Source: Chlorokybus atmophyticus (taxonomy: Eukaryota; Plantae; Mesostigma and Chlorokybus algae). Taken from it: DNA of 64,000 nucleotides. The stretch is taken from assembly GCA_009103225.1 (NCBI GenBank), contig RHPI01001168.1:125337-189336 (forward strand), given 5' to 3'. A program made the translations under genes and the position numbers. Below, piece after piece: positions 13,833 to 27,066 of the stretch (position 1 is the first letter of the stretch; the number at the start of each line of letters is the position of its first letter). The notes below the pieces were generated by a model that saw only the letters and a program-made list of their open reading frames with translations, did no database searches and was not told the origin of the DNA.

Positions 13833-16540
13833 TCACAATACTGTGATGTTGTCATCCGTCCTCATTGCGCACACGTAATGCGTCCGCGCAGGCAACTGCG
13901 TTTCTTCCATAAACCAACCATAGCTTGCTTGCGGGCTACCATGCTGCAGCGGGATGGGAGTTTGGCAAGATGCATATATTATGCAATGAATGCAATGACA
14001 TATTATGCAATGAGCTGACCAACACAAGAACAGACAAAATGCTGCGTGCGCTTACGGGCACGTTAGACACCACGCTCCAACCCCGCTGACCAAAGTACGC
14101 CTCCGGCGTGTTGGTGCCAAACTTCCACTGCTTCATTGCCTCATGCTCGGACTTCTGCGCGCTCTCTATGGCCTCCTCTGTTTGCTGAGAGCACGCACAA
14201 ACATTTGCGCACCTGTTGGCGTGAGATGCGCTTGTGTGCTCTCTGCACTCGCATAAGCCAAGCACGCACGCACTCACATACACGCACGCACTCGTTACTC
14301 ACCACGGATGCGATAAACACGGAGCCTTCCGCAGACACCTCTGCCATGGTGCGCACGAGAGCATCGACCGCTACCGGCTCCAAGTACCTTACATCAAGGA
14401 GGACAAGCGGGTATGTTGTCATATAGTTATTGCTGTACTGTTAACTACGTCTGTCACATAGAAAGCTCTATGCCATTGATCATGCCATGCAATGTGCTGA
14501 TCAGCGCATTTAATCGTGCTCATCAAAGTGGGTACACTGTTACACACGTAGATAGTCGATAACTCATCAGCTACAGTCAATGGATAATTGGTTTGCTGCT
14601 GCTTGCAAAAGCCATCGCAACAACTTGGCAAACTGTGTTATTACCAGTTTGCAACCATCACCTGTCTTATAAGCAGTTGACAATAACCATCTTGACTCAC
14701 TTACATGAGCAGGCCCTCCATGACCCACACCGCCGGTGCAGCGCTGTTGTACCCGCTTCGTGCGAGCGCACGAGCCCATGCGGGGTCCATTAGATCCGCC
14801 GCCACGGTCACGCGCGACCTCGCCAGCTTCGGATCGAGGCTCAGCGCACCATTCTGCCTTAGCTGTGTGATTTATGACTTGAGAGAATGTGAATAACAAC
14901 ATAATCCAAAGGGTGTGCATGTGCATGTGTGCACCTGCTTGAGCATTGCTTCCTTTGCAGCAATCACACCCGGCTGGTCCACTTCAAACAGTGACTCTGC
15001 AAGCCAACTGTTGCATGCATCATGAACAGATGTGAATGTGCGTGTCTCAGCACACCATGTCACCATTCAAGCTCACCCTTCGCCCTCACGCCTTTGCTCC
15101 GGCAGCCTCCACACTCTGGCGTCCATCCCCGCACCCAACATGACGACTTGCGTGGGGAACGCGGGACCACGAGACGACTGACACAACAACTCCCCCCTCA
15201 ACGCAGCCACGGTTGCATCGTCAAAGTACTTTGTCCTGATGGCGATGTGCCTGGGGTTCATCCCTGCAGATGTGGCACTCATGATGGTTGCAAGTGGATG
15301 CGCTGTTTGTGCATGCGTGTGTGCGTGTGTGCCTGCTACTGTGAGCACGTGAGTATCTGGTACAGGATTGTACATGTTACTTGTGTGTACTTGGTCCTGT
15401 ATGTCTACAGCTTTATGCATGGGCGAGCATGCGCAATGCAGTGCTCTCTTGCGAGCTTCAAGTGCGTGAGTGAGCCAAGTCGACCTCACCGAGCACCATC
15501 ATCACGCAATGCTCACTCACATGTAGACAACGATTCTCACAAACTCGCACCAATGCTCACTCACAGTGACTGGGCCAGAATGTCAACCCAGCACCCTAAT
15601 TTCTTCCTGCCACGCACAGAAAACACACACTCACTCGCTTGCAGAGACAGAGCTGCAGCAGCAGCGCATGGCGCGCACACGCACATACACACATGCACTC
15701 ACACATTGCTGTCACATACTCGTGTGTTTTGCAGCCATCTCGCGGCACTGCTCAAGGGCCTTTTCTCCGGCAAAGTGGCGTGCCCACGGGTCGTTTATGA
15801 GAGGCTGCTCGGCCTCCATCTCAAGCGCGCGGCAGGCAGCTATCAGCCGGGAGGTGAACGACACGGCATCTGGTGACAGTGTTGTCATGTTGTGAGAAGG
15901 GTCCTTACCTTGGATAGTACGTGTGCACATGCACAAATGTAGTGTATGAGCTATGGGAGTATGTTCGTGTACCAATGCACTTGCATTATTGCCCAATAGT
16001 CGATGCCCCATACTTGCACGTGCATGGTTGCAATGGTGCTCTGGTCAAGCGAACTGATGCGGAAGCCAAAACAACAAGCACAAAAGAGTAAGGAACAACA
16101 ACAAGACAAAACCACAACAGTACGCACCGCTGAGGCCACCGTATGCGTCCTCACTTGCGCTGTGAGCTGTGAGCACAGTGTGAATTGCAACTGTCAGCAA
16201 TGCAGGAGCTGTGGACGTTTGCAAGAACAAGTAAACGGACAAGACAAGATGCATGCAATCGATGCACATACACCGTCCATCAAACACTGTCTGTGCGATA
16301 CGTATGCACACGCACACAGAGATTGCGCTGGCGTGCCACTGCGCAGCAACACCGTGCATTGAGACCTACACACTGGCTTACTCTCAAGCAAATAGATTGC
16401 ACCACCACCAGACTACACGCGTATCATATGCACGCTGCAATGCCCTAACGCTACTTGTTCGCCTAAGAGAATGACTGTGTGCAACGACAGCCATCACCTT
16501 CCGTAGGTTGCTGCTCCCTCTCCGTCAAAGCAGCGGCCAT
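13833..16540 (-). CDS. SAM-dependent methyltransferase, LCM / putative polyketide O-methyltransferase family, multi-exon
   Basis: Exons: SFTSRLIAACRALE..LINDPWARHFAG; HIAIRTKYFDD..QVVMLGAGMDARVWRL; FEVDQPGVIAAK; VAADLMDPAW..AVWVMEGLLM; YLEPVAVDALV; QWKFGT..RGW; last exon ..RTHYVCAMR. Start uncertain (16540 or 15888). Confidence 0.85.
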
Positions 16541-16890
16541 TGCCCCGTGATCCTCTATCCGTAGCTGCCGCCTCCCCACCACCACCACCTCGCCCGTGCA
16601 AATAGCACAGCGGCGGCAGGCAAACGACAGCACCTACTGACCAGCCGGACCCCAGCTCCGCCTCCGCCGCCTCCTCCGCCGTGTTGTTGTTGTGCACCTT
16701 CTTAAACAGGTGTGAAGCACGACGCTGCTCACCTGCATCATGCAGCTGCATGCGCATTGGGTCCCTTGCAAAGCATGCCGTGCGATCGGCACTAAGGCCC
16801 ATCGTGGCCATCAAAGCAGACCAGCGTTTTGACGAGTCAAGACGCTTGTGCAGGGGTCGTACATAATCCGCTACGAACAGACAATGCTGC

Positions 16891-17087
16891 ATACCTTTCT
16901 CGGCCTTTTGGCTAAGATCAAGTGTAGTATCTGTTCTTATCAGCTTAATATCTGATACGTGGCCCATCGGGTCACAATGATATTAAACTAATTTGTTTGG
17001 GTGGGGGTCTCATCTGGGTGGGCTTGCTCACCCGAGGCCCCCGGCGTCGCCTCAGCATTGCACTGCCGCAGAGGATGGCGCAGCCCA
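16891..17087 (+). ncRNA. U2: U2 spliceosomal snRNA
   Basis: atacctttctcggccttttggctaagatcaagtgtagtatctgttcttatcag matches the plant-type U2 5' end. Branch-pairing GTAGTA at 16924-16929, Sm-like site near 16990-17000, 3' stem with gcattgcac loop. Confidence 0.97.
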
Positions 17088-17810
17088 CCCCTACCCAGGG
17101 GACCCCACATCACTCCACACACCAACCCCATAAACACCACATCCCATGCGCGCACGGCACGCCCATGCATACACCCAGCCAAACGCACACGAGCCAACAC
17201 ATGTGTGACAACTAAAAGCGAGACGGTCAACCTCACCGCAGCGGACGCATCGCCTCACAGTCAAAGACACAAGAAAGGTGATCAGTAGTATATACGATAT
17301 CAACCCACTCATGAGGGTAGCAGCCACCACCGTGGCATTTTCGCTAAACAACAGTAGTGTCTTGAACACTTTACCCAAGAGTTGCGTATGCGGTTAGCGC
17401 ATGACTTGTGTGCGCAAAGCATGGTGTGCATCCATTTATACTTTATGCAGCCTGACGGGGAGGACTGTCATCGGACAAATATAGTTAAAGCATGAGTGAG
17501 CGCACCGACATAACAGCAATCACAGCACATCCAACTTGCACAGCGCCATTGCTCGCGCGTGCGTCAGCGCCCAACCTTTATCATCCACGACATATACCTA
17601 TAAGTTTATGTTCTATTTGTGAACCACCACTACTGTATCATAAAGGAGTGAAGCTATATGTTGGCACATATGCATGACACCCTATGCTTGCGGACTACCT
17701 AGCATACTATCTCTTGTACACTACAAGGAGACCATAAAAGCAATGACATTGTAATGGAGGATCCGGGGCTAGCTGCCTTCTCCCAAGTCACTCATAATCC
17801 CTCTGCCCGC

Positions 17811-18505
17811 TCCATCAGCAGCAAGATGTGGCGGTTCTGTAGCTTCATATCTAGATTGAAGGCACACAACCACCGGCTGAAGACCTGTTGCAAGCATCAC
17901 AACAGTAAGTGACATGCACAATCAATGCATATGCAGCTGCAAATGAAGTTGCATATGCACATGCACTCACCCCGGAGTTCATCCAAGCCTTCTTGTTGTA
18001 GTCGTAGTCAACGCCAATGCGGATTGGCGTCCAAGTGCTGCCAAAGGACTTCGGACGCTTGTAGGTGCCAATGATGAGGACTGGTCGCTTTTTAAAACCG
18101 TCAGCGTTGACACACAAAACTGCCGTGATTCTGTCCTTCTCTCGCTTGCCCCCTCTAGCTTCCTCCGATGCAACTACTAATGTACGACGCGGACGTGCTC
18201 TATAGAACACTCCGCTCTCATCCATGTTCCATACATCAATGATGCGATAGTTTGCTAAGATCAAAGGCAATCTACTACGAGCTGCATCCACACCCCCCGC
18301 ATCTGCATCAGCTGCTTCGCTATGCAGAGTTTTCGCAGCAATTGAATGACGCTTTTTGAAACGGTGCACCCAACCTTGCGAAGCGTTGAACCCTTCTATT
18401 CCTAACCGGTTGGCAAAATCTGATGCTTTCTCCATCAACAATGCATCAGTGATCAACGCATTGCGTGCTCTGGCCTGTGCAAACCACTCATACAATCCAT
18501 CTTCT
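17811..18505 (-). mobile_element. Internal fragment of the same pogo transposon (no TIRs seen)
   Basis: Near-identical to 7678-8372 including the intron; encodes WNMDESG where the full-length copy has WNMDKSG. Confidence 0.93.
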
Positions 18506-19766
18506 NCGCGACATGCCAGGTGGGTGTCATTGACATGTTATTAATAACTGAGAGTATAAACCATTAGCTGATCTTCTCATAAGCAGCAGGTTGATTAAGC
18601 GTAAGTCATTACATAAAAAGAGGCAATTTACACTCCTCACAATAATTGTAGACAATGACAATGCATGGCAACTCACAACAAATTGTATATTGATATTGTA
18701 GACTTCTTGTATATGTTGAAAGCGGTTTGAACTGTACGGTTTAAAATGTACAATGCTTCTGTACGCTTCTGTACACTTCTGTACACAGAAGCACTGTACA
18801 TTTTACATATATGTGCCTGCCTACGTGCCTGCAGGATGTCCGCTTGGTTTGCCCCTGCACTAACATTGCACGCATACCCATATTTAGATGAGGGGTAGGA
18901 TAGATAAGCTACAGCTATACCCCCTGATGTAATAAGTCTTCCCATGCGTGTATACAGAAAATGCAAGTGGTCATGATATATGCAACATGCATAATTCACA
19001 AAGCTCACCATCATGCAATGATTAATGCCATCGGAGTCTACCTCCAATAGCCACACCTAGCTATTGTAGCTACTGCCTCCAAACCCCCATCAGACATACA
19101 TGCATGCGTGTTTGCTGATTACCTGCACGCGTACAGAATATGCACGTGATGTGTGCAGCTTGCACGACACATGCATGCAGGACATTTAACCACAACCACA
19201 CTCAGCTCTATCACGACCACCGGGCTAGGTGCACACTACCTACTACTTACCTCACTACTCTACTGCCCAACCCTGTCAGTCTGGAAGCATGCATTCCCTG
19301 CCATGTCACCAGTAGAGTCAGCCTTGAGTAGGACCACGTTGATGACCACCACGACCAGCAGACTCCCCCCGCCACCGCTCCCAACCTCCGCCACCATGAC
19401 AATTGCTGTCGCAGCCGCCTTTGCCATTGCATACTTAGGGTTTCGTCAGCCGTACCAAGGCCACAGACCTTGGCATGCACGGCAAACAAAATCCCTGAGT
19501 TGCTGCGGCCATGTGTTTTGCTTGCCGCTAGGTGATAGGATGCATTGATTACCGCCTCATGTGTATATTATGAAGACGAGGTTGACGGTGAATTCGACAT
19601 GCGTTAAGTTTTGCCTGCCTACCTTAAACCAATTAGTTGCCAGCTTAACGAAAATTGAAAATGTTGCCATACTGTGTGCTTTCCATTCATGCACGTATGC
19701 CGTAAACATGTGTGGATCTGAAGCCATGTCAAGGCCATTGATAGCAGCGTGCAACGCAATGAAGCC

Positions 19767-20133
19767 NNNNNNNNNNNNNNNNNNNNNNNNNNNNNNNNNN
19801 NNNNNNNNNNNNNNNNNNNNNNNNNNNNNNNNNNNNNNNNNNNNNNNNNNNNNNNNNNNNNNNNNNNNNNNNNNNNNNNNNNNNNNNNNNNNNNNNNNNN
19901 NNNNNNNNNNNNNNNNNNNNNNNNNNNNNNNNNNNNNNNNNNNNNNNNNNNNNNNNNNNNNNNNNNNNNNNNNNNNNNNNNNNNNNNNNNNNNNNNNNNN
20001 NNNNNNNNNNNNNNNNNNNNNNNNNNNNNNNNNNNNNNNNNNNNNNNNNNNNNNNNNNNNNNNNNNNNNNNNNNNNNNNNNNNNNNNNNNNNNNNNNNNN
20101 NNNNNNNNNNNNNNNNNNNNNNNNNNNNNNNNN
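19767..20133. other. Assembly gap (367 N)
   Basis: Run of n. Confidence 1.
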
Positions 20134-20562
20134 CCGGCGCCCACCCCATCGGGCGCGTAATGCATGCATGCAGATGTCTCTTTCATATTCTATACATATG
20201 CATAAACTCGATCACAAAATACTGCTGTACATGTTGGCATGTACAGCTGAGTACCCAGCGCACACGATAGCACACTCAGACTGTGTACACGCTCGCGCGC
20301 GCGCGCGCGCGCGCTCACAGCGGCCTGTAAAGCACCGTTGTATGTATGTTGGGTGCACACGCATGCGAGTATGCGCTCCCTCATACCGGCAGCACTGGTT
20401 GTTGGCTGGTTTCAGCCAATGCCGAACTGTCAGGACCGGTTGTAAACACAACTATTATCGACATCTGTACAAACAATTGCAGGATGGACTGTGTGAAGCA
20501 AAACTGGAGATACATGAAACTTGCCAAAGGTCTGCTCACACTATGATGGCAGTGTGGATGAC

Positions 20563-21143
20563 TCATTGGGAAGACACAGGTGCAAAGTCCATTCGCGTGA
20601 TGCCAAAACTCGCCCGCTTGTTTTCGAGGTCCTCATCCCCGAGGTCTTTGAGGTAACAATTGGTCACAAATACGTGGCCCTCATCATCTACCGCCGCTGC
20701 TGTTGCCTCGCGCACAGCTTCCACACTGGCACTCTCCATCACATACGCGCTGTCCCAATCATCATCCGACTTGAGAATTAACACCTGCATTGGAGAGCTT
20801 GAGTGCCTCTATTGCATAGTTGTCGTGACCAAGTGACCGATACAATGCATGGGTACGGTACTTTGCCAAGTGGTGAGGTGACTAGCAGGCGTCCGTCTTT
20901 CAAGAAGTGAATGCCGTCAGGCCGTTGCAGTGCATCAGATGGGGTTACTGAAACTTTGGTCACGCGCTTGTCAGCAATGCGAATCTGAGGGTCAACAGAA
21001 TGGTCAGAATGGCCAGTAGTTGAGCTGGGCGCATGTGTCGCCCAACATGCAAACGATCTCTCGAGTCTGCCACTCATAAGTGCAGAGCACGTCTGAGTGT
21101 CTACCAAGTGGTGGTTTAGGTTCAGGCTTGAAAGCCACTGCTT

Positions 21144-21184
<41 letters not shown>

Positions 21185-22843
21185 CAAAATGGATTCAAAC
21201 CAGCCCCTTGCAAGTTGCAACTTACAAATGCTGAGTGGGGAACAGATCCCATTCTGTTGTGCAGGTTGGCTTGGTCAATGGTTAGAAATTAGCTGTGCTT
21301 GTAGCCAAATCATGGCGAGCAAACTTTGACGCCACTAAGCAGTTCACACCTCCAGAAAGCTATGATATCACAACCAGTACACACACCTTGAAGCCCACAA
21401 AAACAACAAACATAAGCCCTACTGACCTTGAAAGCAGTGCCAGAACCGTAGCTGGTGGTGATCAGATGGTCTCCATCCTTAGTCCGCAAGTATTCAATGC
21501 CGTTGACCCCCAGCGTGCCGGGAGGATTGTCCCTGATCACTTCCTCATCCAGCCAGACACTGGCATCTCCTCCATCAGCATTCATGCGCCAGAGCAAGCC
21601 CGCGAGCGTGTCCGTAACATAAACCTACATAAAAACACTGTCAAGAAAGTAAGCCCTGCTATGGCCAATCTGCACGTATGCACAACAGTGACATGATTAT
21701 CACCAGACACAACTCTCACCTCTCCACTGCTCTCCACTGCCACCAAGTCATTTGCGCTGTGCGGGGCGGGCGGCCTCCCTGCCAGAGTCGGGCGCAAGTC
21801 TGCCACCCATTGCGGCTCCTTTGTGGACATGTCAAAAGAAACGACTCCAGTGAAAGACCCGGGTGCAAAGAAGTTCTGCGGTGTAAGAAAAGCAATTAGC
21901 CGATTGGTATCATCTGCAAGTGTTGAACAAATCACGCACTCCTTGGGTGTACTAAGCTCAAAACCTGCATGCCACCTATCACAGGATAGCACAACTATAA
22001 ACCAGATGCCAACAAATGCGCATTTACAAACTTCGAGACCAACACACGAGTACTACAACAAGTAACAATTTCCATCAGACTGGGTTCACACTGGAGCTCA
22101 TTTTTACGTGCTTGTGAAGGCCATGCGAGCAAAGTGGCTAATGTTTCGCTGCATTTTACGACAGCATGCATGCTGTACTGCTCCTGAACATGCATGCATG
22201 CATGTTCAGGAGCAGCACTAATGCTCGCTACTTGCAAACTACTACAGTACACAACAACTTCACCTCGGGTGGTGCTGACATGCTACAGACTGCAAGAACG
22301 ACAAGACACTGCGACAATGCTATAATAGTGCAGCTTGCGTGCATTGTCTAAACAGCTGCATTGTCCAAGCATGCACTGTCCAGGAGCAGCACTGACGTTT
22401 TAGTGATGATGGCTCACATGAGCGGCGCCGACGGCGAGGAGGCGGTTGCGAGGGTGGTCTATATGAAGGCCGACGGTGGCGCTGGCGCCAACGTCGGTGG
22501 CGGCAGGGGGCAGCTTGGCCCATAGGGCGGTGGTGCCATCGGCGGGGTTGACCTCGTAGACGGCGGGGGAGCGCAGGGAGGAGACGAGCAGGCGCTTCCG
22601 CTGAGAGTCATATTCTATGCTCTCAGGGTATAGCTTGGGGTGCTTAAGCTCCAGCTGCTTGGGCGGCAGCGGTGGGTTGCTGGCACTGCTGCCCGCAGCA
22701 GCAGAAGCCATGCTGCTGCCAGTCCTGCTCCCCCTTCCAGCTCCAATGCTCAGCGCAAGCCCCAACGGCACCGCCACCACCAGCGCCCCAGCAAGACGCC
22801 GAGCAGAGTAAGCCCACCCCGCCGCCGCCGCCGCCGCCGGCAT
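20563..22843 (-). CDS. SMP-30/gluconolactonase-like six-bladed beta-propeller (plant 'calcium-dependent phosphotriesterase superfamily' type) with N-terminal hydrophobic segment, 5 exons
   Basis: LYPESIEYDSQRKRLLVSS; VGLHIDHPRNRLLAV; SANDLVAV..VYVTDTLAGLLWR; GVNGIEY; PDGIHFLKDGRLLV; ATAAAVDDEGHVFV. Confidence 0.8.
21144..21184. repeat. (TAG)n microsatellite, intronic
   Basis: About 13 tandem tag units. Confidence 0.9.
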
Positions 22844-23921
22844 TGTCGCCGCCCTGGACGACGTCGCACTTGTGCTGGAGCGCTGCACAGCAAATGCTGC
22901 GTACAAATGGCAACAAGCATGCCGTTGGCAGCAGCCTGGTGCAGCAGTGCTGGATGGAGTGCGATGAATGTGCATGGAATCGACATGGGCCTTGCATTCT
23001 GCCTGTCCTGGTTGATGGTGTTGTCGTCGTTGTTGCCATGCTGCAGCTTGGAGGCGGCAGACGCGAGGGTGTACTTGGCGTCATGTGGAAGGCGCCGCCT
23101 CGTAGCTGCTGGCACGCTGCTGCTGTCACTCACAGCTGGTGCCACTGCCAGCTATGGAAGGCATTGGCTAGGTAAGAACGCAGGGTGCAGCTGCAGCATG
23201 CAAACCAGCAGATGACAGCTTCCTGTCCAATGCTTGCCAACGTCAAAGAAGCACCACGCCTTGCAAAATGCTGCTGCTGCAATGCTTCGGAAACAAAAGG
23301 GGTTCAGTGGGAGGCATGCATGCGTGTTGGGTTTGGTCAATGTAGTTCCATGCAGCACGGTTCAACCACACCCCGCTGACTAGCCTGTGTGCACAAAGCA
23401 GTAGTCCGAGGCTTGGCTGTCCACACGACTGCAACGTGCATCAGAAACACTTAGCACCTGACAAATCAATGCGAGATGTTGCCTGTGTTTCAACTATCCA
23501 AACCGTCCAACATGCCTGTGTACACGCATGTTGGACGGTGCGTTGCTTGTGACGTTAACAGCTTCCCGCTTACTCAATCATGCATTCAGCAGCAGCCCAT
23601 CCACACTGACTGTAACAGCACTGCAGGTAACGGCACAGTCTGCAGAGTTGTTGGAGTCCTGTGGATTGCACGGCCATGTGGGTTGTACAGTCCTCAGGCA
23701 CACACAGCGTTTGGCGACGTATAAGAGGTCAGGCATATCTTTCACAAACTCAGAACCAGCAACTGCACGAACGCTTTTCCTCTGCTTAGTAGCGCACTCA
23801 GTCATTAGCCGACATTCCCACAAGCATGGCCAAGGCAAGCGTGAGTCATGTGTCCAACACATGCACACACAAACATGCATTTAGCATGCCATGAACTAAC
23901 CGCCTATCCCCTTGTCTACAG

Positions 23922-25524
23922 GTGTGGGCGCTGCTGCTATGTGCGGTGCTAGCCATCTCTTGCTTCAGAAGCTTTGCACGCGGTGCTGGTGGGACTCGTC
24001 GGCGGGGTCTCGGTGCGCTGCCCACCAAGTTTGGTCTCCTCCCCCTCGACGATCTCACCACAACGGATCAAGGCGGACCATACTTCGTCCCTCAATAACA
24101 GCAAGCTGAAGTGCAAGGTGCGTGCGTAGGTGTGTCTTGCTGTGTCTGTCTCTGCCAGTGAGCAACCGTGTGTATGTTGGTGTACGCAAGCAGCGCTCTT
24201 ACTCTGCATGCGTTGCAGCTACAATCGCTGCCAAGGCCGGCTCTCAGACCATCTTCGACAGTGATGTGCTCAACTTCCTGGCCAACACGGAGTGCTTGGA
24301 GGCGCGCTTCGACACGTTTGCAGCATTCGGTCAGGACATTCCACTCGACCTGCTATCCTTCAATGGAACGGGCTTCGGTGAAGCCATCGGCGGCAGGTAC
24401 TTGCCTTTCGTGCACTGTGGCAGCATAAGTGTTTGTCTCCGTTGTGCTGGTCAGCACATTGTCATCGACGCTGTCCTGTTGTTGAATGCAACTGTGCCAA
24501 ACAGGAAGGCAAGCCTGAGCAACCAGCCGCAGCCCTGGGCTGAAGAGGTAGCACTGGACGAGCAAGGCGGTAAGTTGTGTAGCACTTTGTGCAGTCAGTG
24601 TACACATGCGGCCAACGAGTCCACCCACCCATGTATGTCTACACGCACAGCATGATTTGCGAGGTGCTGGAAGGGTGCTCGGTGCCGTGCCCCATCACTG
24701 ACATCGACTTCGCTTTCACCAAGTTCTTCGACGCCGCTGTTGGCAACGTCAGCAACCCCCGCTTCGACTGCTACAAAGACGACATCCGCTTCCTGATGTG
24801 CACCTGGCTCGTGGAAGGTAACGGTACAGTACGGTAATGTTGGCTTTGTGCGTGTACGTGTGTGTGTGTTTGTTCTAAAGTTCCGAATGCTCACTTGTAA
24901 ACACTGGCACTTATCCTTGTTGCTGCGTGTGCATTGCAGAGATTGGCAACTGGAGACAAGGTAAGCTCACCTGCCTATGTTGTGTGAAAACTGTGCACAC
25001 GCGCGCACATGCGCACGGTGTTTACTACAGTGCGATGATGACTCATTACTTACTTCGGGTTCAAGGGATGTATCTTGCTGATGAGCAACCCGGGCCTGGC
25101 GGATGCGGTGTCGGGTCTGGCGTGTCCCGCGAGCTACCAGTCGGCGGTGGACAGGCAGCTGCTGTGGGACCGCCACAACTACACGATCGAAGAGTACGGC
25201 CTGCGTGTGTTTGAGGTGGTGCAGGCGGCCTCGAACCTCCGCAACTCCCGCGACGGGCCCATCAACGATGACCAGGGACTGTACAACTGTGACACCAACT
25301 TCATCGCAGTCCCCACCCTGAAGATCAACAACGTGCCCACCGACATCCGCGGCCTCACCTGCAGCCGCACGCCCAAGCAGGTACTTATAATGTGCGCGTG
25401 CATGTTTGAAGAGAACACGACTCAGTTTGAGCACAAAGAGCCACACACGTGTGCACGCGCTCGCACACACACATGCACGCTTAACGCGCAATGCGTCGTA
25501 GGTTCTCAACATCTTGATCTTGGG
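23922..25524 (+). pseudogene. Desiccation-related PCC13-62-like ferritin-like-domain gene, probably pseudogenised
   Basis: Signal-like VWALLLCAVLA; DVLNFLANTECLEARFD; RKASLS..EEVALDEQG; PCP..IDF; NPGLADAVSGLA; PTDIRGLTCSRTPKQVLNIL. In-frame TAA at 24096-24098, two splice-phase mismatches, and no terminal exon found. Confidence 0.75.
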
Positions 25525-27066
25525 GTACGTACTTGTAGTACATAACTTATGTATCAGAGTTAAACTCCAACAACACTATAGAGGTATGCTACACTCAATC
25601 TATTCCAAATAATATGGCAATGCGTCGAAGACTTAATGCCCAGACTCCATTCATGCAAAGCAAGACGATCAAGCATTGCAAGTCAAAAGTACGCCACAAA
25701 ATATATATATTAAACAGAAGTTGTACATGAACAGCTTGAAATTTTATAAGCATTGTCGCAATGGCAACCATGATTACAACAAGACTGATTCATAATGCAT
25801 CCACTATTAACGGACGATATTGCACATAACATGATGATAAGTGTTCGTGATATATATATGACTAATATCATTACCACTTGTGCCACACGATTGCATCATG
25901 TAACAAACATTCAATGTACTACGGCTCCTCAACTGGCCACGGGCCGTGCCCCACGGCAGCTTCAATTCAAAAAGCTACATGGTCGCTTATGGCAAGACTG
26001 CTTGTACCTATACAGAGCAGTATAGCCTTGACGCCTTAAACTTTCAAGTTTAAGAAGATGACCCCGTCAGTGGACTGTAAAGTTGCAAAAAAGTAATCGA
26101 AATGCTATAACGAGGGCAGAGTTGTCAATCGGTGACAAGCTATCTACCGGTACATCTAATCTGACGCTTCGCAAACGTCGTGGCAAATCGCCACGGCACC
26201 CAATCCAACGCTCACGCGGTCCTCCACGCCGCCCTCTCACCACTTATGAGCTCAGCACACTGTCCGAGGCGCAGCTCGGCGTCAATCCAGGCCTGAAGCA
26301 GGCCGTCGGTGTGTCTTCTTGGGTATGACTAGACTCGGACTCAGCAACGGTGGCCTGACACGGATGGCCTGACTGACTGACTGAGTCACTAGACTTGCAA
26401 GGAAGCTGATGGAGTGATCGACCAGACCAAGGGCCAAAGCGAAGCTCTTGCAGAAAGGTGGTGAACTACAGCAGTGTAGCAGAGTGTGGTGCAACCTCTT
26501 CCTGCTTGCGAGAGCTCCGCTGGGGTTTGGGGGCAAGCGATCAGCTTGCATGGTTCAGGTGGGTGCATGTGGGATGCTTCTTTGTCAATTGTGTGTGCTG
26601 GCTACTTCATGTTAAGCATGCATGCCTTCTTGTTTGTAGGTGTGCTTGCAGTGCTTGCTAGACAACAGCCTACATTGCACTTGGTTGCACCATACCATGA
26701 CATACACCTGTAGCAATTATGCGCTTTTAGAACTGAGAGCACGCTAGCGGCCATCAAAAGCAGCTTGACTGTGCCTGCCCAGCACCTAACATGCAAGAGT
26801 GGGCGTTAGTCTCAAGTTTCCTCATTGCATGTACACATGCCTAGCACTAGCAACAGTACTTGCAGCCTGCTGTGAGCTGCATCCTTCATCCCAAAGTTGT
26901 GGTAGAGACACTCACACACATACACATGCACAGGCACATGCACATACCCACGCACCCACGCGCGTATGCGTTACACTACATACCAGTCTTCAGTTGCGTT
27001 GGGGTTGTAAACTCATGGTTTTTGGTGGGCTGGGTTGCCTGACATTGATCTTCTGTGGTGCAAAAG

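Noticed and set aside
16494-16967. 157-aa minus-strand ORF
   Set aside because: It runs antisense through U2 and the probable 5' UTR of the methyltransferase gene.
19140-19548. Thr/Pro-rich ORF before the gap
   Set aside because: Low complexity, no family motif, and context is lost in the gap.
19557-20270. ORFs spanning X runs (also 60840-61412)
   Set aside because: Artefacts of the N gaps.
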